A DNA stretch of 64,000 nt from Chloroflexota bacterium. Lineage in GTDB: Bacteria; Chloroflexota; UBA6077; CF-72. Positions 49,218 through 58,380 of the stretch are shown in pieces. Numbering within the stretch: the stretch's first letter is position 1; every line of letters starts with the position of its first letter. Below the pieces are notes generated by a model, which was given only the letters and a program-made list of their open reading frames with translations, had not been told where the DNA came from and did no database searches. The DNA lies in contig JAFAZN010000199.1 in NCBI GenBank assembly GCA_019239775.1, positions 26,690 to 90,689 of the forward strand, written 5' to 3'. A program made the translations under genes and the position numbers.

Positions 49218-50069
49218 TTACTGGCCGCTCAAGGCGCCAGCGGTGAGACCATCTATGATTCGCCGCGAGCCGAAGATGGTCACCAGCAACATTGGCAGCG
49301 TGGCAATGGAGCTACCAACCAGCAGTGCGCCGGTGTCAGTCCCGTGCACTCCCTGCAGATTGGCCAGTGCCACTGGATAGGTGTACATATTCGGATCCGT
49401 CATCAAGGTCAGCGGTCCCAGAAACGCGTTCCAGCCGCCGATGAAGCTGGTGATGGCCAGCGCGCCGGCCGCCGGAGCAGCCAGCGGCAGGACAATACGC
49501 CAGAAGATCCCAAACTCATTGCAGCCATCGATGCGCGCGGCGTCGAACAATTCCGCGGGAATGGCGCTTGCGATGTACTGTCGCATCCAGAAGGTGCCAA
49601 ATGCGTTGCCGATTGCTGGCACAAGAAAAGGCAAGAACGAGTTGGTCCAGCCCAGGTGCGTCATTTCGATGTACCACGGAATGAGTCCCAGCTGGCCTGG
49701 AATGAGCATCGTCATCAGCAGCACCCAGAACAGCTTCTCTTTGGCGGGAAAACTGTGGCGAGCGAACGCGTAGCCGCTGAGTGCACTGAAGAATACCGTC
49801 ACCAGAGTTGAGCCCACGCCAATGACGCCGCTGTTCAGCATTGACCGCCAGAAGTACGGCGCGTACTCCAGCAACGTCTGGTAGTTTTGCTGCAACGCAT
49901 GCCCCAACCACACGGGCGGCGGAGTGTTTGAAATTTCCGCTGTGGTATGGCTGGCCAACATGAACTCCCAGTAGAACGGCCCTATGGTCGCGACGCCCGC
50001 GCAGCAGAGCAGTGCGTACACCACCGCGCGCCGCAGGATCGTCCACTGTGCAATAGAAGAGTTCACCAT
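49218..50069 (-). CDS. Carbohydrate ABC transporter permease (MalG-like)
   Basis: 283 aa, six TM helices. EAA loop ELFDAARIDGCNEFGIFWRIVLPLAAP. Confidence 0.9.
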   Translation of the reverse strand: MVNSSIAQWTILRRAVVYALLCCAGVATIGPFYWEFMLASHTTAEISNTPPPVWLGHALQQNYQTLLEYAPYFWRSMLNSGVIGVGSTLVTVFFSALSGYAFARHSFPAKEKLFWVLLMTMLIPGQLGLIPWYIEMTHLGWTNSFLPFLVPAIGNAFGTFWMRQYIASAIPAELFDAARIDGCNEFGIFWRIVLPLAAPAAGALAITSFIGGWNAFLGPLTLMTDPNMYTYPVALANLQGVHGTDTGALLVGSSIATLPMLLVTIFGSRRIIDGLTAGALSGQ

Positions 50070-50075
50070 GCCCCG

Positions 50076-51056
50076 CTAGTCCTCTGCGCCGCGGAAGAAC
50101 AACCGTCGGTTCGCCGCGGTCAAGATGAGCAGCACCGCGAACATTAAGATCGAGATCGCCGCTGCGTAGCCGAACTGACCGTAGTTGAACGCGGTTTCGT
50201 ACACCATCATTGCCAGGGTCAAACCGCCGCTTTCCGCGCCGCCGAGCGTGCCGGAGCCAGCACCAGCCACACCACCAAGAAGCATCAATGGTGCATCGAA
50301 CAACTGAACGCTGCCGATGATGGTGATGCTCACAATGAAGAACGTGACGCGCTTCAACAATGGCAGCGTTATCTGTGTCAGAACTTCCCAGCTGTTAGCT
50401 CCATCAATCCTGGCTGCCTCGAAAATCTCGTTGGGAATCGCCTGGAGTCCGGCGGCAAAGAGCAGGACATTCCAGCCAAAGTACTGCCAGACGGTCACGA
50501 GGGCGATGGCAGGTTTGATCCAGAGGCTGCTGCCACTTGCATAACCGAGCCAGTCAATAGGTCCGATTCCAAGCTCGCCCAGAAGACTGTTTAGCAAGCC
50601 CGTATAGGCAAAGATGACACCCCATACGAGGCCCAGCACGACTGGTGAGGTGATGTAGGGCAGAAAGAAGATGCCGCGGAAGACGTGCCGACCGTGCAAA
50701 CGTCTGGCATTCAGCGCGATCGCGATCAACAGTGCAAGGCTAATCTGGACCGTGCCAATGACGACCATCAGCCACAGTGAGTTGAACAGGGCCGTATGTA
50801 CGAGCCGATCCTGCAGCAGATTGACAAAATTGCCGGCACCAATCCAGACGTTCTGATAGGGAGTCCAACGGGTCAGCGCGAGATAGAAGCTGAACAGGAT
50901 CGGAAAAACGCCGAATGCCAGAAAACTCATGTAAAACGGCGCAATAAAGACGTATGCCCACGCAGCGCGCCGCGTGGACTCCGTCAGCCTCCAGCGACGG
51001 AATCCGCGGCGCGCCGGTGCATCGCTGCGGGCCAGCGCGTTCGCGATTGACGACAT
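50076..51056 (-). CDS. Carbohydrate ABC transporter permease (MalF-like)
   Basis: 326 aa. EAA loop IFEAARIDGANSWEVLTQITLPLLK. Confidence 0.9.
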   Translation of the reverse strand: MSSIANALARSDAPARRGFRRWRLTESTRRAAWAYVFIAPFYMSFLAFGVFPILFSFYLALTRWTPYQNVWIGAGNFVNLLQDRLVHTALFNSLWLMVVIGTVQISLALLIAIALNARRLHGRHVFRGIFFLPYITSPVVLGLVWGVIFAYTGLLNSLLGELGIGPIDWLGYASGSSLWIKPAIALVTVWQYFGWNVLLFAAGLQAIPNEIFEAARIDGANSWEVLTQITLPLLKRVTFFIVSITIIGSVQLFDAPLMLLGGVAGAGSGTLGGAESGGLTLAMMVYETAFNYGQFGYAAAISILMFAVLLILTAANRRLFFRGAED

Positions 51057-51061
51057 GTGAC

Positions 51062-52423
51062 TCAGGGCGCTTGGGCGATCGATAGCTGCAGGTTGGACGC
51101 CATTTGTGCGCGCTCCTGGATCTGGCTCGCGGCGGTCTGCAGCGCCTGCTGAGGCGGGGCTTTGCCACTGATCGCCGCGTCAACCTGGGCGTTCAACAGG
51201 TCCGTACCGAGTGCATCTACGGGGCTGTACGTGAGCGGCTTCACCTGCTGCGCCAGGTTCACCATCAAGCGGAAAGCAGGTTCGCCGCCGAGGTACGGCA
51301 CCGGCTGATCGTAGACTGGGCTCTCCCAGGCCGGTGTGTAAGCAGGGACAATGCCGGTCTTCTGAAAGACCGCATTCAGCGCGTCGGTATTGGTCGTCAG
51401 AAATTGCGTGAACTCCCAGGCGAGCTGCTTGTGTTCGGCGAGCTTGGGGATCTGGATGTAGGTTCCGCCGTTGCTGAATGCTCCGCCCGGCGGTGTGGTC
51501 ACGCGCCAGTTACCGGCGCCATCTGGGTCGATGAGGTTCTGCAGATTACCCAGCATCCAACCGCCCATGATGACGGTCGCGATGTTGCCGTTCTGAAGTG
51601 ACGGCGCCCATCGCTCGCTCCAGGCGGGAACATTGGCGCCGATATTTGCGCCCTTGGCTTGAAGCGCAATCTGCAGCGGCTGCAAACCTTCAGGCAGCAG
51701 CACGATCGATCCGTTCTGCGCGATATTGCCGCCGTTCTGCCAATAGGCCGCGTTGAACACGTCGTGCTCGTTGCCGATGATGGCCGTCTGTCCGCCGCTC
51801 TTGGCCTTGATGGTCTGGCCGGCCTTGATGAAGTCATCCCACGTGGAGAGCGCTTTCGCGACGTCATCCGGCTCGGTTGGCAGTCCGGCCGCCTTGAATG
51901 CATCCGGTCGATAGAACATCACGCCCGTGGCCACATCCCACGGCATCGCTGTCATTTCGCCCGAGCTGGTGAGGGGCGCATCAAACTTCCACTGGACGAA
52001 GTCGCTCTTGAGTTGTCCGGCGCTGTATGGCTCCCCAAGCAGGTTCTCACCTGCGTCCAGGAACTGGCCGACCATGCTGGTGTCCAGGCCGATCACATCA
52101 GGGACACCTTGTTGGGCAGCGAGTGCTGCCAGGTACTTCTTGCTCATGTCGCCGAATGGCTGCTCAACGAAGTTGACTTTGACGCCGGGATGGCTCTGCT
52201 CGAACAGCGGTATGACGGTTTCCATGGAAACCTTGTCGAAGTACCACACCGTCAGCACCTGATTGTCCGGATTGCTTGCCTCGGCCGCGGGCGTATCCAC
52301 GGGAGCGGATGTGGAGTCTGGCACCACAGGTGCCGGGGTTATCGTCCGACTGCAGGCCGTTGCCAGTACGGCTGCGCCTGTGAACAGCGCGAATGCTGGT
52401 GTGCGAAAGCGGCTAAGGTCCAT
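51062..52423 (-). CDS. Sugar ABC transporter substrate-binding lipoprotein (family 1 SBP)
   Basis: Start at MDLSRFRTPAFALFTGAAVLATAC (ATG 52423). The upstream 64 codons of the track ORF are R-rich and overlap another ORF. Position and length fit a CUT1 binding protein. Confidence 0.85.
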   Translation of the reverse strand: MDLSRFRTPAFALFTGAAVLATACSRTITPAPVVPDSTSAPVDTPAAEASNPDNQVLTVWYFDKVSMETVIPLFEQSHPGVKVNFVEQPFGDMSKKYLAALAAQQGVPDVIGLDTSMVGQFLDAGENLLGEPYSAGQLKSDFVQWKFDAPLTSSGEMTAMPWDVATGVMFYRPDAFKAAGLPTEPDDVAKALSTWDDFIKAGQTIKAKSGGQTAIIGNEHDVFNAAYWQNGGNIAQNGSIVLLPEGLQPLQIALQAKGANIGANVPAWSERWAPSLQNGNIATVIMGGWMLGNLQNLIDPDGAGNWRVTTPPGGAFSNGGTYIQIPKLAEHKQLAWEFTQFLTTNTDALNAVFQKTGIVPAYTPAWESPVYDQPVPYLGGEPAFRLMVNLAQQVKPLTYSPVDALGTDLLNAQVDAAISGKAPPQQALQTAASQIQERAQMASNLQLSIAQAP

Positions 52424-52850
52424 GATCGGTTGAGCCCTCCACGGGGAATTGAAGCGGTGCGCGCGCCGGTGCTTGTGAGTTGACGCGTTCGACCAGGCAG
52501 CGAATGTGCTGCGCGGCGCGTTCCAGGCTGCGAAAGTAGGCGACGTCACCTGTTTGCACGTGCGTCGCCTCGTACCGGAAGGCCGATTCGTGCGGGGGTC
52601 CGGTGCGCCACGCACGCAGCACGAGCGTCACCATTGTGGGCACCTCGTCTGCGGAGCCGAGCATCATGACTGCTGTTGTCTCCTCTGTATCTCTTGTCCC
52701 GTTGTCCACTTCGCCGGTTGTCCTGGACGTGTCCGGGGCGAGTGTGTTGCTGTCCATTCCCTGTTCAACTACGCCACCTAGACTTTGATAGGCGTGCATG
52801 TGGAGTGTCAGGCGCCGCGGTAATACCGCGGTTGCCAAGGTGTCCTCCAT
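52413..52850 (-). CDS. Small hypothetical protein (true start probably internal, ATG 52667 or 52634)
   Basis: Only the C-terminal half has coding-like GC3. The motif VTLVLRAWRTGPPHESAFRYEATHVQTGDVAYFRSLERAAQHI resembles a small widespread (L)R(L)WR...G(E/D)..(Y/F)F.(S/D)LE domain of unknown function. Confidence 0.35.
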   Translation of the reverse strand: MEDTLATAVLPRRLTLHMHAYQSLGGVVEQGMDSNTLAPDTSRTTGEVDNGTRDTEETTAVMMLGSADEVPTMVTLVLRAWRTGPPHESAFRYEATHVQTGDVAYFRSLERAAQHIRCLVERVNSQAPARAPLQFPVEGSTDHGP

Positions 52851-53000
52851 GCGTGACTTTTTTGCGATCTGTCAGTCTTGCATGGGTCCGTTTTCCGTTC
52901 GGGGAACATTCATGCCGCGTCCGTCGACAGCAAGGGACCATTCGCAGCGGTCGAGGGTAGGCTGAAACTCACCAAACTTCTCCCGCAACGGAGGTCAGCG

Positions 53001-53732
53001 ATGCGCTGGTACCTGCTTGGCAGGGCAATTGTTCCAATTTGCGTTCTTCTTGGCGCCGGGTGCGCTTCGGGCGCCAACTCCTCGAGCGGAGCTCCCGCGG
53101 CGCAGGCGGCGGTGAGCGCGTCACCCCAAGCGGGGCTTGCGACCGGTCCGTCGCAGACTGTGGCAGTACCCGGCGCACAAGCGAGCCCGGTGCCAGCTGC
53201 GAGCGTTCAGGTGTCGCCGCCGAATGTCGCCGTTGGCAGTGTTAGCCTCAGTCTTGCCTTCGAGCCGCCTCGCCACATGGAGGATGAGGCCAGGGTCGCC
53301 GTCACGGATCCGACCCAGCTTGCGGCGCCGCAACCGACCCTGGTGAGTGGTGCACCGAGCCTCGGCGCCATCGTCCTCAGCGACATGCTGCATGTGACGA
53401 ACAACCTCGATCCAACCCAACCGGTTCCCGCCGATTCACCGCAGCTTGCAGTACGGCACGCGGTGGTGGAAGTACTGACTTCAGATACGCACCAGCTCGT
53501 CCCATACCTGGGGGTGACAATGGATTTGCTGCTGGATGGACACCCCGTCACGTATGGGCAGACATTGGTGCCAATGCTGTCGCAGGATGGATCTGCCGAG
53601 CGCGTGTACTATGGGAATAACATCCGCTTGCCTGCGCGCGGCACATTCCAGGTCTTTGTTCGCCTGCAGCGAACGCCGCTGCTAGGCCAGGAAGACCCGC
53701 CGGCGGCGCAGTTCAACCTTGCCGTGAACTAG
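53001..53732 (+). CDS. Lipoprotein, possibly P19/FetP/Tp34-type periplasmic metal (iron/copper) binding protein
   Basis: GGAGG lies 7 nt before ATG 53001. Lipobox LLGAGC. HAVVEVL...LVPYLGVTMDLL...LVPMLSQDG...YYGNNIRLPARGTFQVFVRL resembles the PF10634-type pattern as I recall it. Confidence 0.45.
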   Translation: MRWYLLGRAIVPICVLLGAGCASGANSSSGAPAAQAAVSASPQAGLATGPSQTVAVPGAQASPVPAASVQVSPPNVAVGSVSLSLAFEPPRHMEDEARVAVTDPTQLAAPQPTLVSGAPSLGAIVLSDMLHVTNNLDPTQPVPADSPQLAVRHAVVEVLTSDTHQLVPYLGVTMDLLLDGHPVTYGQTLVPMLSQDGSAERVYYGNNIRLPARGTFQVFVRLQRTPLLGQEDPPAAQFNLAVN

Positions 53733-54546
53733 CTCTGCTGCGCTCAGATGTTCTCGGCCGACGCCGTCCACGCTCTCCAGTACACACTTGCACAGCCTGG
53801 TGCAGTGGACAATGCGCCGGAGCTGGTGCCATGAGCGGCAGGGTGACGGTGAACCGCGCACCGCCGCCTGGCCGCGGCGCCGCCCAGATGCGGCCGCCGT
53901 GCGCTGTCACGATGGCTCGGCAGATAGCCAGACCCAGGCCATGACCTCCCTGGTCGTGGCCACTACCGCGATAAAATGGTTCGAAGATCCGCTCGTACTC
54001 CAGCGGCGGAACGCCCGGTCCGCGGTCTTCTACTCGAAACTCAATCATTCCGTCGATATGGCGCGCCGAAATGTCGATTACCGCGCGCGGTGGCGAGTAT
54101 TTACTGGCGTTCTGCAGCAGGTTTGCCAGTACGCGTTCCATCGCCGGGACTTCGAGCTCCGTTTGTGGAAGGTTTGTCGGGACATCGATGCGGACTGCAC
54201 GATCCTGAAGCATCGGGCGCAATCTCGCTACGGTCGTCAAGACCAGGGCACGTGGTGAGACGCGTGTACGGCGATCCTGCGCGACGTGGCCGGCCGTTGA
54301 CTGATCCAGCAGCTCCTCGATCAAGCGTTCGAGGCGATCGACCGCGCGATCCGCTTCCGACAGCAACTCACGCCGCGTGCGGGCGTCCCACTCCACGTCA
54401 GTTCGCGACAAGGTGGTGATGAAACCTTTAATGTGACTCAGCGGCAGGCGCAGCTCGTGCGCCGCGATGCCCAACGCGGCTCGCAGCCGCTCATCGTACT
54501 CTAGCCCTTGCGTCTCAGTTGTGCCCGTACAACCACCCACGCGCAC
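53713..54546 (-). CDS. Sensor-less histidine kinase core (DHp + ATPase only)
   Basis: 277 aa, GTG start. IAAHELRLPLSHIKGFITTL, NLLQNASKYS, EDRGPGVPP, GHGLGLAICR. An in-frame stop 9 nt upstream excludes a longer N-terminus. Confidence 0.75.
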   Translation of the reverse strand: MRVGGCTGTTETQGLEYDERLRAALGIAAHELRLPLSHIKGFITTLSRTDVEWDARTRRELLSEADRAVDRLERLIEELLDQSTAGHVAQDRRTRVSPRALVLTTVARLRPMLQDRAVRIDVPTNLPQTELEVPAMERVLANLLQNASKYSPPRAVIDISARHIDGMIEFRVEDRGPGVPPLEYERIFEPFYRGSGHDQGGHGLGLAICRAIVTAHGGRIWAAPRPGGGARFTVTLPLMAPAPAHCPLHQAVQVCTGERGRRRPRTSERSRASSRQG

Positions 54547-54632
54547 GCGCTTTGATCATGCCGTGGCCGAATCGACCAAGGCCCGAACGCGGCCGCCGAT
54601 TCCTGAACATTATCCGGACTCGTCGGTGCTGC

Positions 54633-55940
54633 CTAGCGCTTCGGAAGTAGTGGCCCCCCGATTGGTAGGCTGAGCACGAACCGGGCGCCACCACCGTTGC
54701 GATTCTCAGCGCGGATACTGCCACCGTGCGCCTCCGCTATCGCACGCACGATCGCAAGCCCGGATCCTGTGCCCGGAGTTTCCGCTCTCTGCACCGACGC
54801 GCCTCGATAGAAAATGTCGAAAACGCGAGCGAGATCTTCATCAGGGATACCTGGACCCTCGTCCTCAACCATCAAGTCCACGCGGGCGCCTCCGTTTGCC
54901 AGGATACCTGTGATATGGATCGGAGACGCGGGCGCGTGTTTAGACGCGTTCTCCACAAGATTGGCGATCGCCTGCTCGACACGACTCGGATCCACGTACA
55001 CCGCAGGCAAGGAACCAAGCGACGAATCAATCGACAGCGTGGACCCGGACAAGCATGTGCGGACTCGCTTCAGGCCGTCGCACACAAGTACCGCGGGCGA
55101 CATCCGACGCCGCTCCAACTTGAAACCCCCGGCTGCCAATTCTGACATGTCCAGCAGATCGCAGATGAGATCACCCAGACGATCAGCCTGGCATTCGATT
55201 TCTTGCAGGAAGTCCTGACGCGTCGCTTCGTCCCAGCTCACATCGCAGCGACGCAACGTACTGACGAATCCTTTGATCTCGCTGACCGGCGTGCGAAGCT
55301 CGTGCGACGTTGCTGCAAGGAGCTCTTCGCGCACCCTCGCCGCCTCAGTCGCCTGTTGGTACAGGCGTGCGTTGTCGACTGCCTGCGCACACTGGCGTGC
55401 CAGTTGTTCGATGAGTGGCATCTCTGAGGCCGCGAATGGCGGACGCGACGGGAGTCGTAGCAGTGACAGCACTCCCAGAACATCGCTGCGCGCCATGAGT
55501 GGCGAGGAAATCGCCGCCTGTGGTCCAACCTCGCGGATGCCGGCCGCCGTTCGTGTATCGAACGGAATACCCTCCTCTTCCGCGACGCGCCTCAAGTTCG
55601 CTTCAGAAACGTCATTAACGAGTATCGAATGCCGGCGCCGCAGGGCGCGCACGGCGTTCGCCGGCGACTCGATGCCGCTGTCAACCGCTAATTCGCGCAG
55701 CCGGCCCTCCTTCGCGGGCTCGAGGTGAGCAACCGCCACGGGCTCGAGATGGCCGTCAACTCCGACCAACTCCACGACACAGATGTCAGCCAGGAATGGC
55801 ACGGCCTGATGTGCCGCGGCCGAGAGCGTGGTCTCATAATCCAGTGATTTGGCCAACTCATCGCCGACACGCGCCAGAAATCGAGCCGAGTTGTCGCCAT
55901 CACTGGCGATGTCCTCGGGTGCGGATTGTGCATCAACCAT
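54633..55940 (-). CDS. GAF-domain histidine kinase with KdpD-like core
   Basis: [52 protein letters not shown]-terminal GAF-like region. Confidence 0.85.
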   Translation of the reverse strand: MVDAQSAPEDIASDGDNSARFLARVGDELAKSLDYETTLSAAAHQAVPFLADICVVELVGVDGHLEPVAVAHLEPAKEGRLRELAVDSGIESPANAVRALRRRHSILVNDVSEANLRRVAEEEGIPFDTRTAAGIREVGPQAAISSPLMARSDVLGVLSLLRLPSRPPFAASEMPLIEQLARQCAQAVDNARLYQQATEAARVREELLAATSHELRTPVSEIKGFVSTLRRCDVSWDEATRQDFLQEIECQADRLGDLICDLLDMSELAAGGFKLERRRMSPAVLVCDGLKRVRTCLSGSTLSIDSSLGSLPAVYVDPSRVEQAIANLVENASKHAPASPIHITGILANGGARVDLMVEDEGPGIPDEDLARVFDIFYRGASVQRAETPGTGSGLAIVRAIAEAHGGSIRAENRNGGGARFVLSLPIGGPLLPKR

Positions 55941-56056
55941 TTGAATGTCTCCGCCATGTGCATCGTAGACCCTAGCTCGGAGTCTGGTTCCGGCAGGAAC
56001 GCCTTGTGCCTTGGACAGTATCCGAACAACGTGTCGCGCGGACGGGTAGAACCTTG

Positions 56057-56554
56057 CTAACTTCGCGGCCGCGGCTGGAGTTTCAACGATCGCTCCGTTT
56101 CGAAAACGATGGCGTGACGCGCCACTCGAATCTCGAGCGTCGTGAGCAGGACTCCATACAGAAGCACGCTCGTTCCCACCAACAGCAGCACCAGGACTCC
56201 GAGCGGTGCCCAGATAACATCCGTCAGCGCGGCCACCGCAACAGCGAACATGCTGATCACCAGCAACACCACGGAGTAATAGATCGTCAGCATCGCGTTG
56301 TGGATGAGTCGATGGCGGTCCAGCAGGCCCGGAAGTTGGTGGTCGATTTCCTCGAGCCGCTCGATATCCAGTGGATCAGCCGAGGTCGCCAGGCTGTGCA
56401 CGAGCTCGAACCGCTCGTGATTCATGGTTCGAATGCGTCCGTTGACTTCGCCGTAGTGGGTCAGCAGACCATTAAGCAGCACCGCCGCGCTGCTGATCAT
56501 CACGACCGGTGCCAGGACCAGTTGTACGACTCGCGCCAAAATGTCGGCGGTCAT
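56057..56554 (-). CDS. DUF2721-like small membrane protein
   Basis: 165 aa, three TM helices. N-terminus [31 protein letters not shown] matches my recollection of DUF2721. Confidence 0.6.
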   Translation of the reverse strand: MTADILARVVQLVLAPVVMISSAAVLLNGLLTHYGEVNGRIRTMNHERFELVHSLATSADPLDIERLEEIDHQLPGLLDRHRLIHNAMLTIYYSVVLLVISMFAVAVAALTDVIWAPLGVLVLLLVGTSVLLYGVLLTTLEIRVARHAIVFETERSLKLQPRPRS

Positions 56555-56631
56555 TCGGTTGGCTCCCTTGTCTCGAACGCCTATCGTACTCGATGGCCGA
56601 TGACCCAGGAGTCATACTGTAGGGCTTAATA

Positions 56632-57054
56632 ATGCCGAAATCCTCGCGCAACACCGGCGAGCTGTGGAAGACCGAACCCGAGGCGCACGACTACCCGGCG
56701 GCCCTGGACTACCTGAGCCTGATCCTGCCCCCGGTCACCGCCCAACGCCTGGTCCAGGCACTGCGGACTGCGGACACCGTGCACCGCAAAGCCAAGGACC
56801 TGCTGCGCGCATCCGAGTTGCCGTTGCTGCCGGCCATCAACCCGCACGTGAAGTCGGATCTACGAAAAATCAAGCGAGGTCAGCGGTTGGCACCTGTGCT
56901 GCTGGTGCGCGGCGACGCACAGCGCAGTGGCCGTCGGCTCACCATCGCAGATGGCTACCACCGCATCTGCGCAAGCTATATGACCGACGAAGATGCCGAC
57001 ATACCGTGCCGCATCGTGGATCTGCCATCGCGCAGCAGCGGCACGTCGGGTTGA
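56632..57054 (+). CDS. ParB/sulfiredoxin-fold domain protein
   Basis: 140 aa: PVLLVRGD....LTIADGYHRICA, a DGxHR-type motif. Confidence 0.5.
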   Translation: MPKSSRNTGELWKTEPEAHDYPAALDYLSLILPPVTAQRLVQALRTADTVHRKAKDLLRASELPLLPAINPHVKSDLRKIKRGQRLAPVLLVRGDAQRSGRRLTIADGYHRICASYMTDEDADIPCRIVDLPSRSSGTSG

Positions 57055-57160
57055 TCCCGCGGCACCAGCCTGGAGCCGACGTCCACGTTGGTGGTGCACC
57101 CTCCGGTGGATCGATACCGCCGCGCCGGCTATTTCTGAGAGCGCAGAGATGCGGCAGGGT

Positions 57161-57703
57161 TTACCGCGCTAATCGCTGCGCGCCGGCGGGTAGCTCCATG
57201 TCCGTTGCAATCAGGACGCAACCGATCATCAGGTAGTAGCCCATCGTCGCCAGCACTTCGATGATGCCACGATCGCCGAGTTGCTTTCGGGCCGCCTCGA
57301 ATGTTTCGGCCGACAACTGGTGTCTTCCGACAAGCTCGCGACCCACCGAAATAATGACCTGCTCACGTTCACTCAGCGCGGACAGGTCACCGCGCGTGCG
57401 AATCACGTCGATGGTCGCCTGGCTCACGCCCGCGCGCATCGCGGCGGATTGGTGGGCAGCCCACACGAAATCAATGTCGAACTCGCGCGCAGCGCTCAGC
57501 ACCGCCGGCTCGAAATCTGCATCGGACAGCAGTTCCCGCAGCACGTCGTTGAGCGCCGACGCACGCGCGGATATTTGCGGCGCGTACATGAGCATCGATT
57601 GCGGGGCGTTGATTCGGCCACGCGATGCAGTGATTTCGTCGAACGCGGCGCGGTCGCTTTCGGCGACCTGATTTCGCTGAGTAATCGGCTCGAGTCGTGG
57701 CAT
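57161..57703 (-). CDS. Carboxymuconolactone decarboxylase (AhpD-like) family protein
   Basis: Start at MPRLEPIT (ATG 57703). FDIDFVWAAHQSAAMRAGVSQATID...LSEREQVIISVGREL...IIEVLATMGYYLMIGCVL fits the two-repeat CMD pattern. Confidence 0.65.
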   Translation of the reverse strand: MPRLEPITQRNQVAESDRAAFDEITASRGRINAPQSMLMYAPQISARASALNDVLRELLSDADFEPAVLSAAREFDIDFVWAAHQSAAMRAGVSQATIDVIRTRGDLSALSEREQVIISVGRELVGRHQLSAETFEAARKQLGDRGIIEVLATMGYYLMIGCVLIATDMELPAGAQRLAR

Positions 57704-57740
57704 TGCAACTCGCGATTGTAGGCGAGGTCCGCACGTGCGA

Positions 57741-58287
57741 CTAGCTTGCTGCGAGCGCCTCCGCAAGCACGTAGCGCAGCCAGGGCGGAGCTTCGCCATC
57801 GCGGACGTGCTCGAAGCCGGCGTCGGCAATCAATCGCTCCAGGTCGGGCACCGCTTGCGCCATCCGATCGTAGCCGTGCAGGCGTCCCATCCATCGACAC
57901 CACCACGTCGAACTGTTGATCCGGGAAGCTCAACGATTCAGCCGCACCCAGTTGGAACTTGCAGTTCGTCCGGGGTCTCACCTGGCGGCTGGCGTAGTCG
58001 ATCATCTCCGGAGACGCATCGAGGCCCACCGATAGACGATCGGGCCCAACCACTTCAGCAATGAGACGTGCGAAATAGCCGGTGCCACAGCCGACGTCCA
58101 GAACACGTTGACCGGACTTGACACCGGCCGCGTCGGCCAACGCCTTGAACGTGGCACGCCGGCGACCGAGAAAGAACAGGTTCACGAACGCGTCGTAGGC
58201 GCGCGGGGCACCAAGCGTGTGGCTGCGCGTGCGGTGAGCAACGGACGATCGAGGGAACAGGTGCGCGACGGGTGAATGAACACTCAT
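57741..58287 (-). pseudogene. Class I SAM-dependent methyltransferase, disrupted (frameshift plus apparent internal deletion near 57885-57900)
   Basis: Frame 1 reads RVLDVGCGTGYFARLIA...LDASPEMIDYA...FPDQQFDVVVS, then turns to junk. The +1 frame resumes with GRLHGYDRMAQAVPDLERLIADAGFEHVRDGEAPPWLRYVLAEALAAS and stops at 57741. The span is 547 nt, not a multiple of 3, and the segment expected after strand beta4 is missing. Confidence 0.7.
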
Positions 58288-58307
58288 GGGCTGCCAGATC
58301 TCCTAAC

Positions 58308-58338
58308 TTAGTCGTCACTAAACTTAGTCCGTGCTAAG
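58308..58338. promoter_or_regulatory. Two adjacent palindromes, TTAGT-CGTC-ACTAA (58308-58321) and CTTAG-TCCGTG-CTAAG (58323-58338): candidate TetR operators
   Basis: Read directly in the 93-nt divergent spacer between the methyltransferase remnant and the TetR gene. AACTTAGTC also occurs twice as a direct repeat. Confidence 0.45.
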
Positions 58339-58380
58339 CTAAATGTCAAGCGTGAACTCGCAGGGAGCGTTACTCTGAGC

